Origin: a virus
Lineage: Duplodnaviria; Heunggongvirae; Uroviricota; Caudoviricetes
Length of the DNA stretch: 35,657 bases
IMG/VR virus record: IMGVR_UViG_2740892433_000005
Coordinates: 1 to 35,657 of that record
Strand: one strand, 5' to 3'
Shown here piece after piece: positions 1 through 9,851 of the stretch (position 1 is the stretch's first letter; each line of letters opens with the position of its first letter). The notes beneath the pieces are model-generated. The model saw only the letters and a list, made by a program, of their open reading frames with translations, made no database searches and was not told the DNA's origin. The position numbers were made by a program, and so were the translations under genes.

Positions 1-516
1 TCAGAGGTGCTGTTGGTGGCACTGCTCAGTTGATCCCCGGGCCAGATCATACGCGATTTTCACAGCCTTCGGCGTGGCAGCCTCAGTTTCTGATTGACTG
101 TCCGTGGCACTGCTCAGTTGTACGGTGCCTTTTGCCGTCAGCGAGGCAGCAGGCACTCCCGTTATCTGACTCCACGGGTGAGTGTGGCTGACGGGTGCCT
201 TGCCGGCTGCAAGGTCGTATGCAGCCTTGACGGCTTTTGGTGTGGCGGCCAGCGTTTCAGAGGTGCTGTTGGTGGCACTGCTCAGTTGGGTGAACCCCTT
301 AGCTGTCAGTGTCGCGTCCGGGTGGTTACGGGAACGTACGTGTTCAGCCAGTGACTGTGCGGCTTCCTCCGTTTTTTTCTTCAGCCATTTCGTCCTGTTT
401 GCCAGTTGCCGGGGGGCTCGATTTGATATCCCGTCAGCACCACCCAGAACCGGATCTGATGTCTCCAGTTGATAGATATTTTCTTCCCACTTTTCTGTTT
501 CATTCAGGTTTCCCAT
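1..516 (-). CDS. tail fiber protein, N-terminal part (gene continues past window start)
   Basis: Minus-strand ORF with ATG at 514-516, GGGAG 9 nt upstream, 2 nt after the stop of the preceding baseplate gene; two near-duplicate ~33-aa segments (TAKG..QLSSAT..SE..AATPKAVK.AYDLA) typical of fiber shafts; no stop before coordinate 1. Confidence 0.55.
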   Translation of the reverse strand: MGNLNETEKWEENIYQLETSDPVLGGADGISNRAPRQLANRTKWLKKKTEEAAQSLAEHVRSRNHPDATLTAKGFTQLSSATNSTSETLAATPKAVKAAYDLAAGKAPVSHTHPWSQITGVPAASLTAKGTVQLSSATDSQSETEAATPKAVKIAYDLARGSTEQCHQQHL

Positions 517-518
517 AA

Positions 519-1097
519 TCAACTGCTCCCGTGGTTATAACTGCCATCATGGATGGCGGTATTGTTATAGCGAATGGCCACAGACTGATACTCCAGGCTG
601 GCCAGATGGCAGCGGGCCGGTGCAAATGCAGCGAGCGTCTGACGCAGCATCGCGGCCTGATCGTTAGTAATGGGCTGTTTCAGAATAACGCGATAAACCG
701 CCCAGGCGGCTGCATCTCCATGAACAAACAGTCCGTTATAGCTGCGATTGCCGTCGTAACTGAGACGACCTGTGCCTTCAATCAGATCCACTTCACCAAA
801 GCCAAAACGGCGGATAACTTCCCGGATTGACCACGGCGTCCCTTTATACCGGTGCAGTTCGATGGCTGCTTTTATAAGCATGCGGCGAACATCGTCCGAT
901 TCCGCCAGCTCCCAGCCATCGCCAGACAGTGAGAACTGCTCGCCCAGCCATGGCAGCGCAGAACTGTCGACGATATCGACGAGAAAGACCATCAGTACGC
1001 TCAGGTCGATGTTATCCAGCCGCCCTGCCAGTCTTCCCAGCGTCCTGAGACTGATATCACCCTCAAGCGGTGGCGGGAGTTGTAATGGCTCAGTCAT
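519..1097 (-). CDS. baseplate/tail protein, P2 gpI-like (Mu gp48-like)
   Basis: ORF track 519..1109; ATG at 1097 overlaps the stop of the upstream gpJ-like gene; position immediately before the fiber gene and size match the gpI slot of P2/Mu baseplate modules. Confidence 0.55.
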   Translation of the reverse strand: MTEPLQLPPPLEGDISLRTLGRLAGRLDNIDLSVLMVFLVDIVDSSALPWLGEQFSLSGDGWELAESDDVRRMLIKAAIELHRYKGTPWSIREVIRRFGFGEVDLIEGTGRLSYDGNRSYNGLFVHGDAAAWAVYRVILKQPITNDQAAMLRQTLAAFAPARCHLASLEYQSVAIRYNNTAIHDGSYNHGSS

Positions 1098-2193
1098 CAG
1101 ACACTCCACTCATGTTAAGTGTGATCGCCGTACAGTTTGCCCATTCGTTTTCTGCCACCACCCTCAGTGCCGGTGTCACCAGTTCAACCTGGTACACCCC
1201 GGAAACGGACAATGCACTGATAATCTGGCTGGGGACAATATCACGCCCCAGCGTGGCGGCACGTGATGCCACCCAGTTCTGTATGGCGCTGTTAGCGGCA
1301 TCTTTTACAGACCTGGCATCCTGATCACGATAGATCGTAATCCTGGCTTCAATGGTGTAATCCACCTTCACTGGTGTTTTAGCCCGCACTGTATCAGTGA
1401 GTGGCCTGACTTTCTCATCAGAGCAGAAACTCTCTACCAGCGTGAGAACACCGCCGTCCGGCAGACCGGTACTGAGCAGCGGATACAGATCTACGGTCCC
1501 GGGAACCGGGGAAAGCACAGCAACATCGACAATGTTGGGATGGGCCTGCATGGCATGAAAGCGGTATGCGCCACGGCTTCCGGCATTGGTGAATGACTCC
1601 GGGGCCAGCCTGATACGCTCCCGGAGCCTGTCATCGTCTTCCTGTTCTGAACCGCCGGAACTGGCCGTCAGATTGCTCACCAGCAGGTCGACGTTATCAA
1701 TCTCATCGAGTAACTGACTGACCTGCGCAGGTTGCCAGCCGTTACCAGCGGTACCGGGTTCGGTACAGGTGGACGTGACATTGACCAGCAGCAATCCGGC
1801 CTTCAGTACCACATCTGTATCGGTGGCAAAAATAACGCTGTCGGAAGCGCTGACGCGGGTGCCTGCCGGGATCAGCACATCAATGGTCAGTGCCTCATCC
1901 ACAGAGAACTGAAGTGTGGTGGTGGCAGGCTGCGCGGCAAGGCGGTATACACCAACCAGTTCTCCGAGGTAATCAATCATCGGCTCTCGTGAAAAGGCGA
2001 CCAGATTCTGCTTTGCTGCCTCCTGTACCGCAACCCTGACCAGCATTTCGCGATAGGCCCACAGATCAATCAGCAGACGTTCTGCCTGTGCCGGGTACAG
2101 CGTTTTGCCGGTATCCGCTTCATACTTCGCAATCATTTCTGCCGTGATTTTGTCGGCATCGCGTTCAATAAAATCGGGTTCTGTCAGCGCCAT
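1090..2193 (-). CDS. baseplate protein J-like (Mu gp47-like)
   Basis: 367-aa ORF, ATG at 2193 with AGGAG upstream; size and position between gpW-like and gpI-like genes; N-terminus and length fit the baseplate J family. Confidence 0.65.
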   Translation of the reverse strand: MALTEPDFIERDADKITAEMIAKYEADTGKTLYPAQAERLLIDLWAYREMLVRVAVQEAAKQNLVAFSREPMIDYLGELVGVYRLAAQPATTTLQFSVDEALTIDVLIPAGTRVSASDSVIFATDTDVVLKAGLLLVNVTSTCTEPGTAGNGWQPAQVSQLLDEIDNVDLLVSNLTASSGGSEQEDDDRLRERIRLAPESFTNAGSRGAYRFHAMQAHPNIVDVAVLSPVPGTVDLYPLLSTGLPDGGVLTLVESFCSDEKVRPLTDTVRAKTPVKVDYTIEARITIYRDQDARSVKDAANSAIQNWVASRAATLGRDIVPSQIISALSVSGVYQVELVTPALRVVAENEWANCTAITLNMSGVSDD

Positions 2194-2531
2194 AGCAACT
2201 CCTGAGTCCGGGTCTGTCCGTCTGAGCCTTTCCAGCTCACCCGGAGCGTAAGATGTTCGCCGTCGACGGCGGGTTTAACTGACATAAGCTGGCAGCGGGG
2301 CTCCCAGCGTCGGATGGCATCGACGGATTCGCGCACCACATGCGGAATGGCCCGGTCTACAGGCCAGTCGATATAAAGATGCAGATTGCTGCCGAACTCC
2401 GGGCGATGCGGGTCGCTGCCGCGGGGAGTCCGCAGGATAATTTGAATCGCCTGCCGGATATCATCCAGCCCCCGGACAATTTCGCCGGGAGCCTGCAGGG
2501 TCGGTTGCCAGAATACTGAGGTTGTTTTCAT
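2184..2531 (-). CDS. baseplate wedge protein W-like (gp25/GPW lysozyme-like fold family)
   Basis: 115-aa ORF directly upstream of the J-like gene with 10-nt overlap; size and order (V-W-J-I) as in P2/Mu baseplate clusters. Confidence 0.6.
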   Translation of the reverse strand: MKTTSVFWQPTLQAPGEIVRGLDDIRQAIQIILRTPRGSDPHRPEFGSNLHLYIDWPVDRAIPHVVRESVDAIRRWEPRCQLMSVKPAVDGEHLTLRVSWKGSDGQTRTQELLWR

Positions 2532-2585
2532 GGGGGCAGTATTGCCCCCGTGCGGGAACGCTGATATTAAAGGCGTTTAAAAAGC

Positions 2586-3182
2586 TCAGTGGGAGTGGTG
2601 GCTGGAGTTTTCGCCATCAGACAACATACTGCCCGTGGCATGGGCATTCCCTTTAATCTCGATATTGCCATGGATGGTCGCGGTAACACCTTCACCACCA
2701 GAACCCGCCATGCCTCCTTCGTAAATCAGCTTACCCCTGACACGCAGATCTCCGGTAAGTTCGGTTTCCGGTGCGTCAATCGTGGCTTTCTGTGTTTTCA
2801 ATACCACATCAGCACCACACTCAATGACAATATGCTCAATGCCGCCCCGGATGATCAGAGTGTGCGTCTTCCGGTTGTAGCTGTACTCTGCACCATCAGC
2901 AAACCGGGTTCCCCGGATATTTTTGTCACTGAACGGTGGTTTATCGACGTCTGAATACACCGCGCCCAGAATAACACCATCCTCGCCGTTGGCATCGAGC
3001 AGCACCTCAACCTGCTCCCCCACGTCAGGGAGCCAGTAATCTTTGTTATCCTGGGTATTGCGCTGCAGCACGTTAAGCCAGTTTGTGCGCAGGTTATCGC
3101 ATTCAGGCAGACGAACGCGGGCCTGAACCCTGTCGGCATCAACGGCACTGACCGTACCGACCTGACGAGTGACACCAGTCAT
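2586..3182 (-). CDS. baseplate assembly/spike protein V-like (Mu gp45-like)
   Basis: 198-aa ORF; ATG at 3182 overlaps the stop of the gpD-like gene (ATGA); Gly-rich C-terminal region and size typical of gpV spike proteins. Confidence 0.65.
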   Translation of the reverse strand: MTGVTRQVGTVSAVDADRVQARVRLPECDNLRTNWLNVLQRNTQDNKDYWLPDVGEQVEVLLDANGEDGVILGAVYSDVDKPPFSDKNIRGTRFADGAEYSYNRKTHTLIIRGGIEHIVIECGADVVLKTQKATIDAPETELTGDLRVRGKLIYEGGMAGSGGEGVTATIHGNIEIKGNAHATGSMLSDGENSSHHSH

Positions 3183-4351
3183 TTTTTCTTCTCTCTTATT
3201 ACTGTGGACGTGCTGCCGTCCGGTTTATAGATGGTCAGCATCCGGGTTTTGCCGATTTTTTTACCTTTCTTCGCCTTGCCCTGTGTGATCGGCCCCCGTG
3301 CCACTTCCAGCTCTGTGGTGTAGCCGCTGTTACGGTCAAACGCATGGCGGGCAGTGGTTATGAGCCATGGCCCGGATAACTGCCCAAAACCCACCAGTTC
3401 AATTTTGTTGCCTGCTGTCAGTTGAGGTGTTCCCGTCAGCGTCAGGGAGCCGTTCTGCTGGTATTCGTTATGTCTGGCCAGTGCTGAATCCGCTTTAATC
3501 CGGGCACTGTCCGGGTCGCTGACGCGGCTGTTAACTTTAAGTGAGTCAGCGCTGGTAACCTTACCACCTTTGAGCTTTTTGTCGCTTTCACGGGTACCAC
3601 CATCAGCTTCGTAGACGATCAGTTTTTTACTGCTGCTTTTCTGGTGTTTTACCTTTGCAGATTTATAGACCCGGTTGATGGTGTCACGCAGGGAAAAGCG
3701 GGCCACATCCTGCGGTTTTAACTGCCTGACCGGCTCCTGACTGCGCAGTGTGGCCAGATGAGAAAAAATCAGCTGGTCACTGACCACTTTCACTGCATAA
3801 CCATACTCGCTGGCCAGCCGGCGCAGAAAACCCACGTCGGTTTCAGCATACTGGGTCACCCGGTCGATTCTGATGGACTCAATGCTGCCCACCAGTTTCA
3901 GCCGGTGCTTTCTGGCAATCCGCCCCGCAACAGCTGCCAGCGTGGTGTTCTCAAAACCACGACTGGTTTTAGTCCGCAGGGCACTGTTAACCGAGGTGGC
4001 CACCCCACGGATAGAAACAACGGAAGCGGGCGAACTCACTTCGATCTCGTCTATAGAGAACGTACCGCAGGACAGCAGCTTCTCGTCCTGATAGCCCATT
4101 TTCAGCGTCAGCGTGTCACCCTTGCCCGGATACCACTTATCCAGCCAGCGGCCATCGGTGTCGTCCAGCTCCACCTCAATGGTATCGGACTCATTTTTGA
4201 TGTTATCGCTCCAGGTCACACGGGTGACATAAGGCGCGATATCAGAGGTGATGTTTTTCTGCAGATACCACAGAGTGAACACCGGTGTCAGCACATCGCT
4301 GACGCCGGTTAACGCTGATGTGACTTGCGCAGTGCTGTTTATCTCAGCCAT
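3179..4351 (-). CDS. tail protein D-like / baseplate hub (Mu gp44 P-like)
   Basis: 390-aa ORF following the X-like gene; basic C-terminus; order U-X-D-V-W-J-I matches P2-type tail gene order. Confidence 0.6.
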   Translation of the reverse strand: MAEINSTAQVTSALTGVSDVLTPVFTLWYLQKNITSDIAPYVTRVTWSDNIKNESDTIEVELDDTDGRWLDKWYPGKGDTLTLKMGYQDEKLLSCGTFSIDEIEVSSPASVVSIRGVATSVNSALRTKTSRGFENTTLAAVAGRIARKHRLKLVGSIESIRIDRVTQYAETDVGFLRRLASEYGYAVKVVSDQLIFSHLATLRSQEPVRQLKPQDVARFSLRDTINRVYKSAKVKHQKSSSKKLIVYEADGGTRESDKKLKGGKVTSADSLKVNSRVSDPDSARIKADSALARHNEYQQNGSLTLTGTPQLTAGNKIELVGFGQLSGPWLITTARHAFDRNSGYTTELEVARGPITQGKAKKGKKIGKTRMLTIYKPDGSTSTVIREKKK

Positions 4352-4551
4352 GGGGCAATATCCTCTTCTGTACGGGCTTCTTCAGCCTCAATCACCGGGA
4401 TCAGTAACAACAGCCCGGAGGGCAGCACCGGCGTGATGGCCACGTGCGGATTGGCGGCAATAATCCGGGGATAGCCCAGCGGGTCACCGTAGTACTGCCA
4501 TGCCAGCGAATCCCAGCGCTCTCCGTCACGGGTAACATGTTCAAGAAACAT
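4339..4551 (-). CDS. tail protein X-like (small LysM-like tail protein)
   Basis: ~70-aa ORF; ATG at 4549-4551 shares one nt with the stop of the upstream gene (TGATG); position between U-like and D-like genes. Confidence 0.45.
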   Translation of the reverse strand: MFLEHVTRDGERWDSLAWQYYGDPLGYPRIIAANPHVAITPVLPSGLLLLIPVIEAEEARTEEDIAPWLR

Positions 4552-5435
4552 CACACACTCCTCGTCAGTATTCTGGCGGCCATTGCACTTAATCCCGGAG
4601 ACATGCGGTTGAATGCTGTTCCGACGGCGTTAAGCTGCCCGGAAACGGTATCCAGAGCACCTGCAATATTTCTTTTGTCCACACCACTCAGCGCAGACTG
4701 TGCCTGCTGTACATACGTGGCTGCTTCGCTGGCTGTTCTGGCCAGACTGATGGCATCGGGCATGGATTCAGAGAGTGCGTTAAACGCCGGAACACTTTTC
4801 CCCAGAGCCCCGGAGATATTACCCAGTCCGCTCATCAGCCCCGGCACACGGGTCAGTGCGACAACGGGGTTATCCTTCATTTTCTGTGTCACTCGAACGG
4901 CGCTGATAGTGGTCTGGAGTACAGACTGCGCCTGTTTCGCATAGTTGACGCCGTTGCGGATGAACTGCGCCACCCCGGAAGGTGAAGGAATGGCACCGGA
5001 GACCGCCCCGACACCCGGGAGCTTCGTGCGTATTGCCGGTGGTTGCAGAGGATTTTTCGGGTCACCGGTGTATTCCCGGAGAGACACGGTGGCACTGACA
5101 GCCAGCACGTTGCCGGTACTGTCAGTCTGCTCGCTGGTTGCAGTCACATCGGTAATCACGAACCAGCCGCGATAGTCACCGTTGCCGAAGACCAGCGCCA
5201 GTGCCTGATGGGCTTTCATGGCTGTTCGCAGTCTCGCCAGCTCCACATCGGGTACACAATAATGCTGATGGAAAACCAGAGTTATCTGGATTTCGTCCAG
5301 CCTGTCGCCGACGAACTGCAGGCCAGGCTTACCCCCGATGCGGGCATGCTCCGCATAATCGACGCCGAACGTGGCCTCGAAGCCGTCCCAGTAGGTAATC
5401 AGCTCAAACTCAATATCACCCAGTACGGCAAACAT
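4551..5435 (-). CDS. tail protein with P2 gpU-like / Mu N (DNA circulation) N-terminal region
   Basis: 294-aa ORF immediately downstream of the tape measure gene; N-terminal segment (..RIGGKPGLQFVGDRLDEIQITLVF..) resembles gpU-type tail proteins as I remember them. Confidence 0.45.
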   Translation of the reverse strand: MFAVLGDIEFELITYWDGFEATFGVDYAEHARIGGKPGLQFVGDRLDEIQITLVFHQHYCVPDVELARLRTAMKAHQALALVFGNGDYRGWFVITDVTATSEQTDSTGNVLAVSATVSLREYTGDPKNPLQPPAIRTKLPGVGAVSGAIPSPSGVAQFIRNGVNYAKQAQSVLQTTISAVRVTQKMKDNPVVALTRVPGLMSGLGNISGALGKSVPAFNALSESMPDAISLARTASEAATYVQQAQSALSGVDKRNIAGALDTVSGQLNAVGTAFNRMSPGLSAMAARILTRSV

Positions 5436-7033
5436 CAGCGGTACTCCTTACGTTGTTTCTGAGCCAGCAGACGCTCCAGCATTTTTTCCAGCTCATGCAG
5501 ACTCATATTCAGGGCACCAGTCAGTCCTGCAGGCGCTGTGGTTTCCCTGCCATTGAGGAAAAACTGAGGATTAAAGCTGACCTGGATACCACCAGACGTT
5601 CCACCGCCGGTTGCAGCTGCACCACGGCCTGAATATCCGGCAGCCAGGATTTCAGGCGAGGGGATACGGGGAACATCCGGTGTCATCTCATTTGCCAGAC
5701 GTTGCCCTGGTAAAATCGATGCCCGGGTGGAGAGCGGAATAACGGGCATGGAAGACAAACTATTGATTACGGCTCCGATCGCATTTTTAGCAGACGACAT
5801 AAACCCATTGATATCGGGCAACGGCATACTGAAGCGAACACCTGAAGTGTTATCCCGTATTTCTGGCCCCTGAATGCTCACGGGCATTCTGGGGAGCAGT
5901 TCACTGGCCATTCGCTGCCCGGCCAGAGCTGCAAGCGGAGTGGTCCGCTGCAGGCCAATGGCGGCCCCCTGCGCGATATTGTCACCAAAGCCCATAAACA
6001 CGCGGCTCGGCGAATGAATGCCCAGCTTTTCGCTGAACCAGCCACTGATGCTGTCACCCATTCCGGTTACACTGGATTTGAGCGACTCCCATTTGTTTTT
6101 GATACCGTTAATCAGACCGTCGACAAGATGGCCACCGAAGTCGGTGAACTTTGCCGGCAGATCAACACCAAGATATTTCAGCGCAGCTGCAAAGGCTTTA
6201 TAGAGCAGGCCTGCCGGCGACCAGTTAATCAGCAGCTTACCAGTTCCCGCGATACCGCCGTTAAAGGCTTCCTGAATGTCAGCCCAGCACTGTTTAAACC
6301 AGCTACTGATGCTGTCACCCATTCCGGTTACACTGGATTTGAGCGACCCCCATTTGTTTTTGATACCGTTAATCAGACCGTCGATAAGATGGCCACCGAA
6401 GTCGGTGAACTTTGCCGGCAGAGCAACGCCGAAATATTTCAGCGCAGCCGCAAAGGCTTTATAGAGCAGGCCTGCCGGCGACCAGTTAATCAGCAACTTA
6501 CCAATTCCCACAATTCCGCCGTTAAAGGCTTCCTGAATGTCAGCCCAGCGCTGTTTAAACCAGCTACTGATGCTGTCACCCATTCCGGTTACACTGGATT
6601 TGAGCGACCCCCATTTGTTTTTGATACCGTTAATCAGACCGTCGATAAGATGGCCACCGAAGTCGGTGAACTTTGCCGGCAGAGCAACGCCGAAATATTT
6701 CAGCGCAGCCGCAAAGGCTTTATAGAGCAGGCCTGCCGGCGACCAGTTAATCAGCAACTTACCAATTCCCACAATTCCGCCGTTAAAGGCTTCCTGAATG
6801 TCAGCCCAGCGCTGTTTAAACCAGCTACTGATGCTGTCACCCATTCCGGTTACACTGGATTTGAGCGACCCCCATTTGTTTTTGATACCGTTAATCAGAC
6901 CGTCGATAAGATGGCCACCGAAGTCGGTGAACTTTGCCGGCAGAGCAACGCCGAAATATTTCAGCGCAGCCGCAAAGGCTTTATAGAGCAGGCCTGCCGG
7001 CGACCAGTTAATCAGCAACTTACCAATTCCCAC
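5435..7033 (-). pseudogene. tail tape measure protein, C-terminal segment (out of frame with the N-terminal segment)
   Basis: 532-aa ORF made of 87-aa tandem repeat units followed by a unique C-terminus; same gene as 7012..9801 but in a different frame because of a 110-bp aberrant repeat unit at 7059-7168. Confidence 0.55.
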
Positions 7034-7995
7034 AATGCCGCCGTTAAAGGCTTCCTGAATGTCAGCCCAGCGCTGTTTAAACCAACCACTGACAGCCCCC
7101 CACCTGCCGGCGACCAGTTAATCAGCAACTTACCAATTCCCACAATTCCGCCGTTAAAGGCTTCCTGAATGTCAGCCCAGCGCTGTTTAAACCAGCTACT
7201 GATGCTGTCACCCATTCCGGTTACACTGGATTTGAGCGACCCCCATTTGTTTTTGATACCGTTAATCAGACCGTCGATAAGATGGCCACCGAAGTCGGTG
7301 AACTTTGCCGGCAGAGCAACGCCGAAATATTTCAGCGCAGCCGCAAAGGCTTTATAGAGCAGGCCTGCCGGCGACCAGTTAATCAGCAACTTACCAATTC
7401 CCACAATGCCGCCGTTAAAGGCTTCCTGAATGTCAGCCCAGCGCTGTTTAAACCAGCTACTGATGCTGTCACCCATTCCGGTTACACTGGATTTGAGCGA
7501 CCCCCATTTGTTTTTGATACCGTTAATCAGACCGTCGATAAGATGGCCACCGAAGTCGGTGAACTTTGCCGGCAGAGCAACGCCGAAATATTTCAGCGCA
7601 GCCGCAAAGGCTTTATAGAGCAGGCCTGCCGGCGACCAGTTAATCAGCAACTTACCAATTCCCACAATGCCGCCGTTAAAGGCTTCCTGAATGTCAGCCC
7701 AGCGCTGTTTAAACCAGCTACTGATGCTGTCACCCATTCCGGTTACACTGGATTTGAGCGACCCCCATTTGTTTTTGATACCGTTAATCAGACCGTCGAT
7801 AAGATGGCCACCGAAGTCGGTGAACTTTGCCGGCAGAGCAACGCCGAAATATTTCAGCGCAGCCGCAAAGGCTTTATAGAGCAGGCCTGCCGGCGACCAG
7901 TTAATCAGCAACTTACCAATTCCCACAATGCCGCCGTTAAAGGCTTCCTGAATGTCAGCCCAGCGCTGTTTAAACCAACCACTGACAGCCCCCCA
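6018..7995 (-). repeat. tandem array of ~261-bp (87-aa) repeats inside the tape measure gene, about 8 units
   Basis: The unit-start motif atgtcagcccagcgctgtttaaacca recurs at 6276, 6537, 6798, 7059, 7169, 7430, 7691 and 7952 (spacing 261, 261, 261, 110, 261, 261, 261); units are nearly identical at nucleotide level. Confidence 0.9.
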
Positions 7996-9801
7996 GTTGC
8001 GGTAGATAAGGTAAGCTGCTGTCGCGACAGCGGTGATAACGAGACCGATGGGATTCATCATCAGCGCTCGCCCAATCCAGAGAACGGCACGTGCAGCGCT
8101 CATAAAACCGCGAACGAGGCTGCCCGCCAGAACTTTGCTGAGTTTCAGTCCTCCGCTGGTCAGTCGGCTGAATCCAGTGACAAGCCAGCGTAATTTGCCA
8201 CCTTCTCCGAGTGCGGTAGTCAGTCGATGCCAGTTGGTCCGGAGTAAAACAGTAGTTTTCCAGACGTTCACAAAGGGGGAAATAAGGAGATTCAGCCCCA
8301 GTTTGAGACCAATAGTCGCTATCTTAATCGCAAGGAGCGCACTGATGAGCTTAAAAGCCCCACTGACAAATTGCGGGTGAGTCGCTACCCAGTGTTTTGT
8401 CCCCTGAATGAGTGGGAGCAGTTCCTGAGTCAGAGAAATAAAAGATGGAGCTAATTGATCGCCCAGCGTAATTGCCAGATCGCGACTGCTGACCATAAGT
8501 GTTTTAGTGGCTTCAAGGGGAGATTTCAGCCGCTGATCATAAGCACTGGCAAGCAAATCGTTATCCGCAGCCCTGAGAGCACCGGCACGGATCTCTCGAT
8601 ATCTGTCCATGTTGGCCAGCATCGGGCGGATAAATGCCATGACCTGCATATCCGCGAACATATCGCCCAGACCAAAGTTTTTCGCCAGAGCCTGAAGTGC
8701 CTCATCTCTTGCCGTATCATTCTTTATTTTCATGGCTGATTTGAAGCCGGCCAGCGCTTCGGGGCTTTTGGCATTGAGGTAACGTTCTATAACACTCAAC
8801 ATCCCTTCAATCGGAGAGATCCCCGCAGCTTTATAACTCGCAATAGATCCCTGCAAATCAATACCCAGATCAGCAAACTGTTTCTGAGTATCGCGGGCAA
8901 AAATTTTGGTAAGAAAGTTTTTAAAATTATTGGCTGCTTCGTCGGTGGAACCTGCACCGATTTTTGCTATCTGGAGACTGGCCCCGATTTCAGCAACAGC
9001 CTCTTTTCCACTGGCAAGACCCGCCATCATTGGGGCCAGGGACTGCATCCACTTGACCTGATCCGGGATTTCAAATGACCCCTGGTCACCGGCATAAGCC
9101 ATAATATTCTGAACGGCACCAAAATCTCTGGCCGCACCTTTCAGGGAGTTTTGCCAGACTGCGGCCACTTTTGCCCAGTCCTGAGCAGACGTGCGTGTTG
9201 CCGTTGCCGCGCGGGCAATATCCGGCATCAGAAAACCGATATCTGACACATTATCAATATTGTCGCTGATGAGTGAACCCACCGCCTCCTGCAGCTCATC
9301 CTGATACTGATTGTATTTAAGCGCCCAGCCTTTTATCTGTCCGGCAAGTGCATCCCGCGTTTTATTGTCATATTTTGCGGTGATCGACATATCAATCATT
9401 TTGTCCTGAAAAGACATGGACTGCTGAACGGCAGGGGAAACCGTATGATAAACAGTCTGTGCCATGCCATACGCTTCAATCCCCTGACCATACAGCGCCA
9501 TGCGGTTAGCTTTCAGCGCATCACTGGTAGCGGATGCCGCTGACAGACGGCGCTGCTGGCGCTCAATTTGCTCCATGGTGCGGCTTACCCGCAGCAGCTC
9601 GCTGTTGAGATGCTGCATCCGGGAAGAACCCAGTTGACCATAACGTTCTGTTGCACGGGTTAAAGCGTTCTGACGTTCCTGCAGGCGGCGTGAGGTATCG
9701 CTCAGGGAATCAAGCGCACGGCGGGTACCGCTCATTGCAGAACGGAATGTGCTGCCAATCATCCCGCCGATAACAACGCCGACTGAAAACTGTCCCGACA
9801 T
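7012..9801 (-). CDS. tail tape measure protein, N-terminal segment including the first repeat units
   Basis: 929-aa ORF; ATG at 9801 with GGAGG 9 nt upstream; long Ala/Gln-rich helical N-terminal region typical of tape measure proteins, then 87-aa repeats; ORF ends inside the aberrant repeat unit. Confidence 0.75.
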   Translation of the reverse strand: MSGQFSVGVVIGGMIGSTFRSAMSGTRRALDSLSDTSRRLQERQNALTRATERYGQLGSSRMQHLNSELLRVSRTMEQIERQQRRLSAASATSDALKANRMALYGQGIEAYGMAQTVYHTVSPAVQQSMSFQDKMIDMSITAKYDNKTRDALAGQIKGWALKYNQYQDELQEAVGSLISDNIDNVSDIGFLMPDIARAATATRTSAQDWAKVAAVWQNSLKGAARDFGAVQNIMAYAGDQGSFEIPDQVKWMQSLAPMMAGLASGKEAVAEIGASLQIAKIGAGSTDEAANNFKNFLTKIFARDTQKQFADLGIDLQGSIASYKAAGISPIEGMLSVIERYLNAKSPEALAGFKSAMKIKNDTARDEALQALAKNFGLGDMFADMQVMAFIRPMLANMDRYREIRAGALRAADNDLLASAYDQRLKSPLEATKTLMVSSRDLAITLGDQLAPSFISLTQELLPLIQGTKHWVATHPQFVSGAFKLISALLAIKIATIGLKLGLNLLISPFVNVWKTTVLLRTNWHRLTTALGEGGKLRWLVTGFSRLTSGGLKLSKVLAGSLVRGFMSAARAVLWIGRALMMNPIGLVITAVATAAYLIYRNWGAVSGWFKQRWADIQEAFNGGIVGIGKLLINWSPAGLLYKAFAAALKYFGVALPAKFTDFGGHLIDGLINGIKNKWGSLKSSVTGMGDSISSWFKQRWADIQEAFNGGIVGIGKLLINWSPAGLLYKAFAAALKYFGVALPAKFTDFGGHLIDGLINGIKNKWGSLKSSVTGMGDSISSWFKQRWADIQEAFNGGIVGIGKLLINWSPAGLLYKAFAAALKYFGVALPAKFTDFGGHLIDGLINGIKNKWGSLKSSVTGMGDSISSWFKQRWADIQEAFNGGIVGIGKLLINWSPAGGGLSVVGLNSAGLTFRKPLTAALWELVSC

Positions 9802-9851
9802 AGTGGTTAACCTCCGGGGAAGGTGAAAAGACGTGAGGGGATAACGCAGAA

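Noticed and set aside
6018-7879. Seven plus-strand 61-62-aa ORFs (6018, 6276, 6537, 6798, 7169, 7430, 7691), six of them with identical or near-identical products
   Set aside because: They are the antisense reading of successive tape-measure repeat units; their periodic recurrence is a consequence of the tandem repeat, and they lack independent RBS support.
5990-7995. Possible CRISPR array suggested by regularly spaced identical sequence
   Set aside because: Units are 261 bp, directly abutting with no unique spacers, and are in-frame coding sequence of a tail gene; no cas genes or leader.
6014-8193. Long plus-strand ORFs (384 aa and 303 aa) across the repeat array
   Set aside because: Antisense to the tape measure gene and internally repetitive for the same reason; the minus-strand reading gives a coherent tape measure protein with RBS and operon context.
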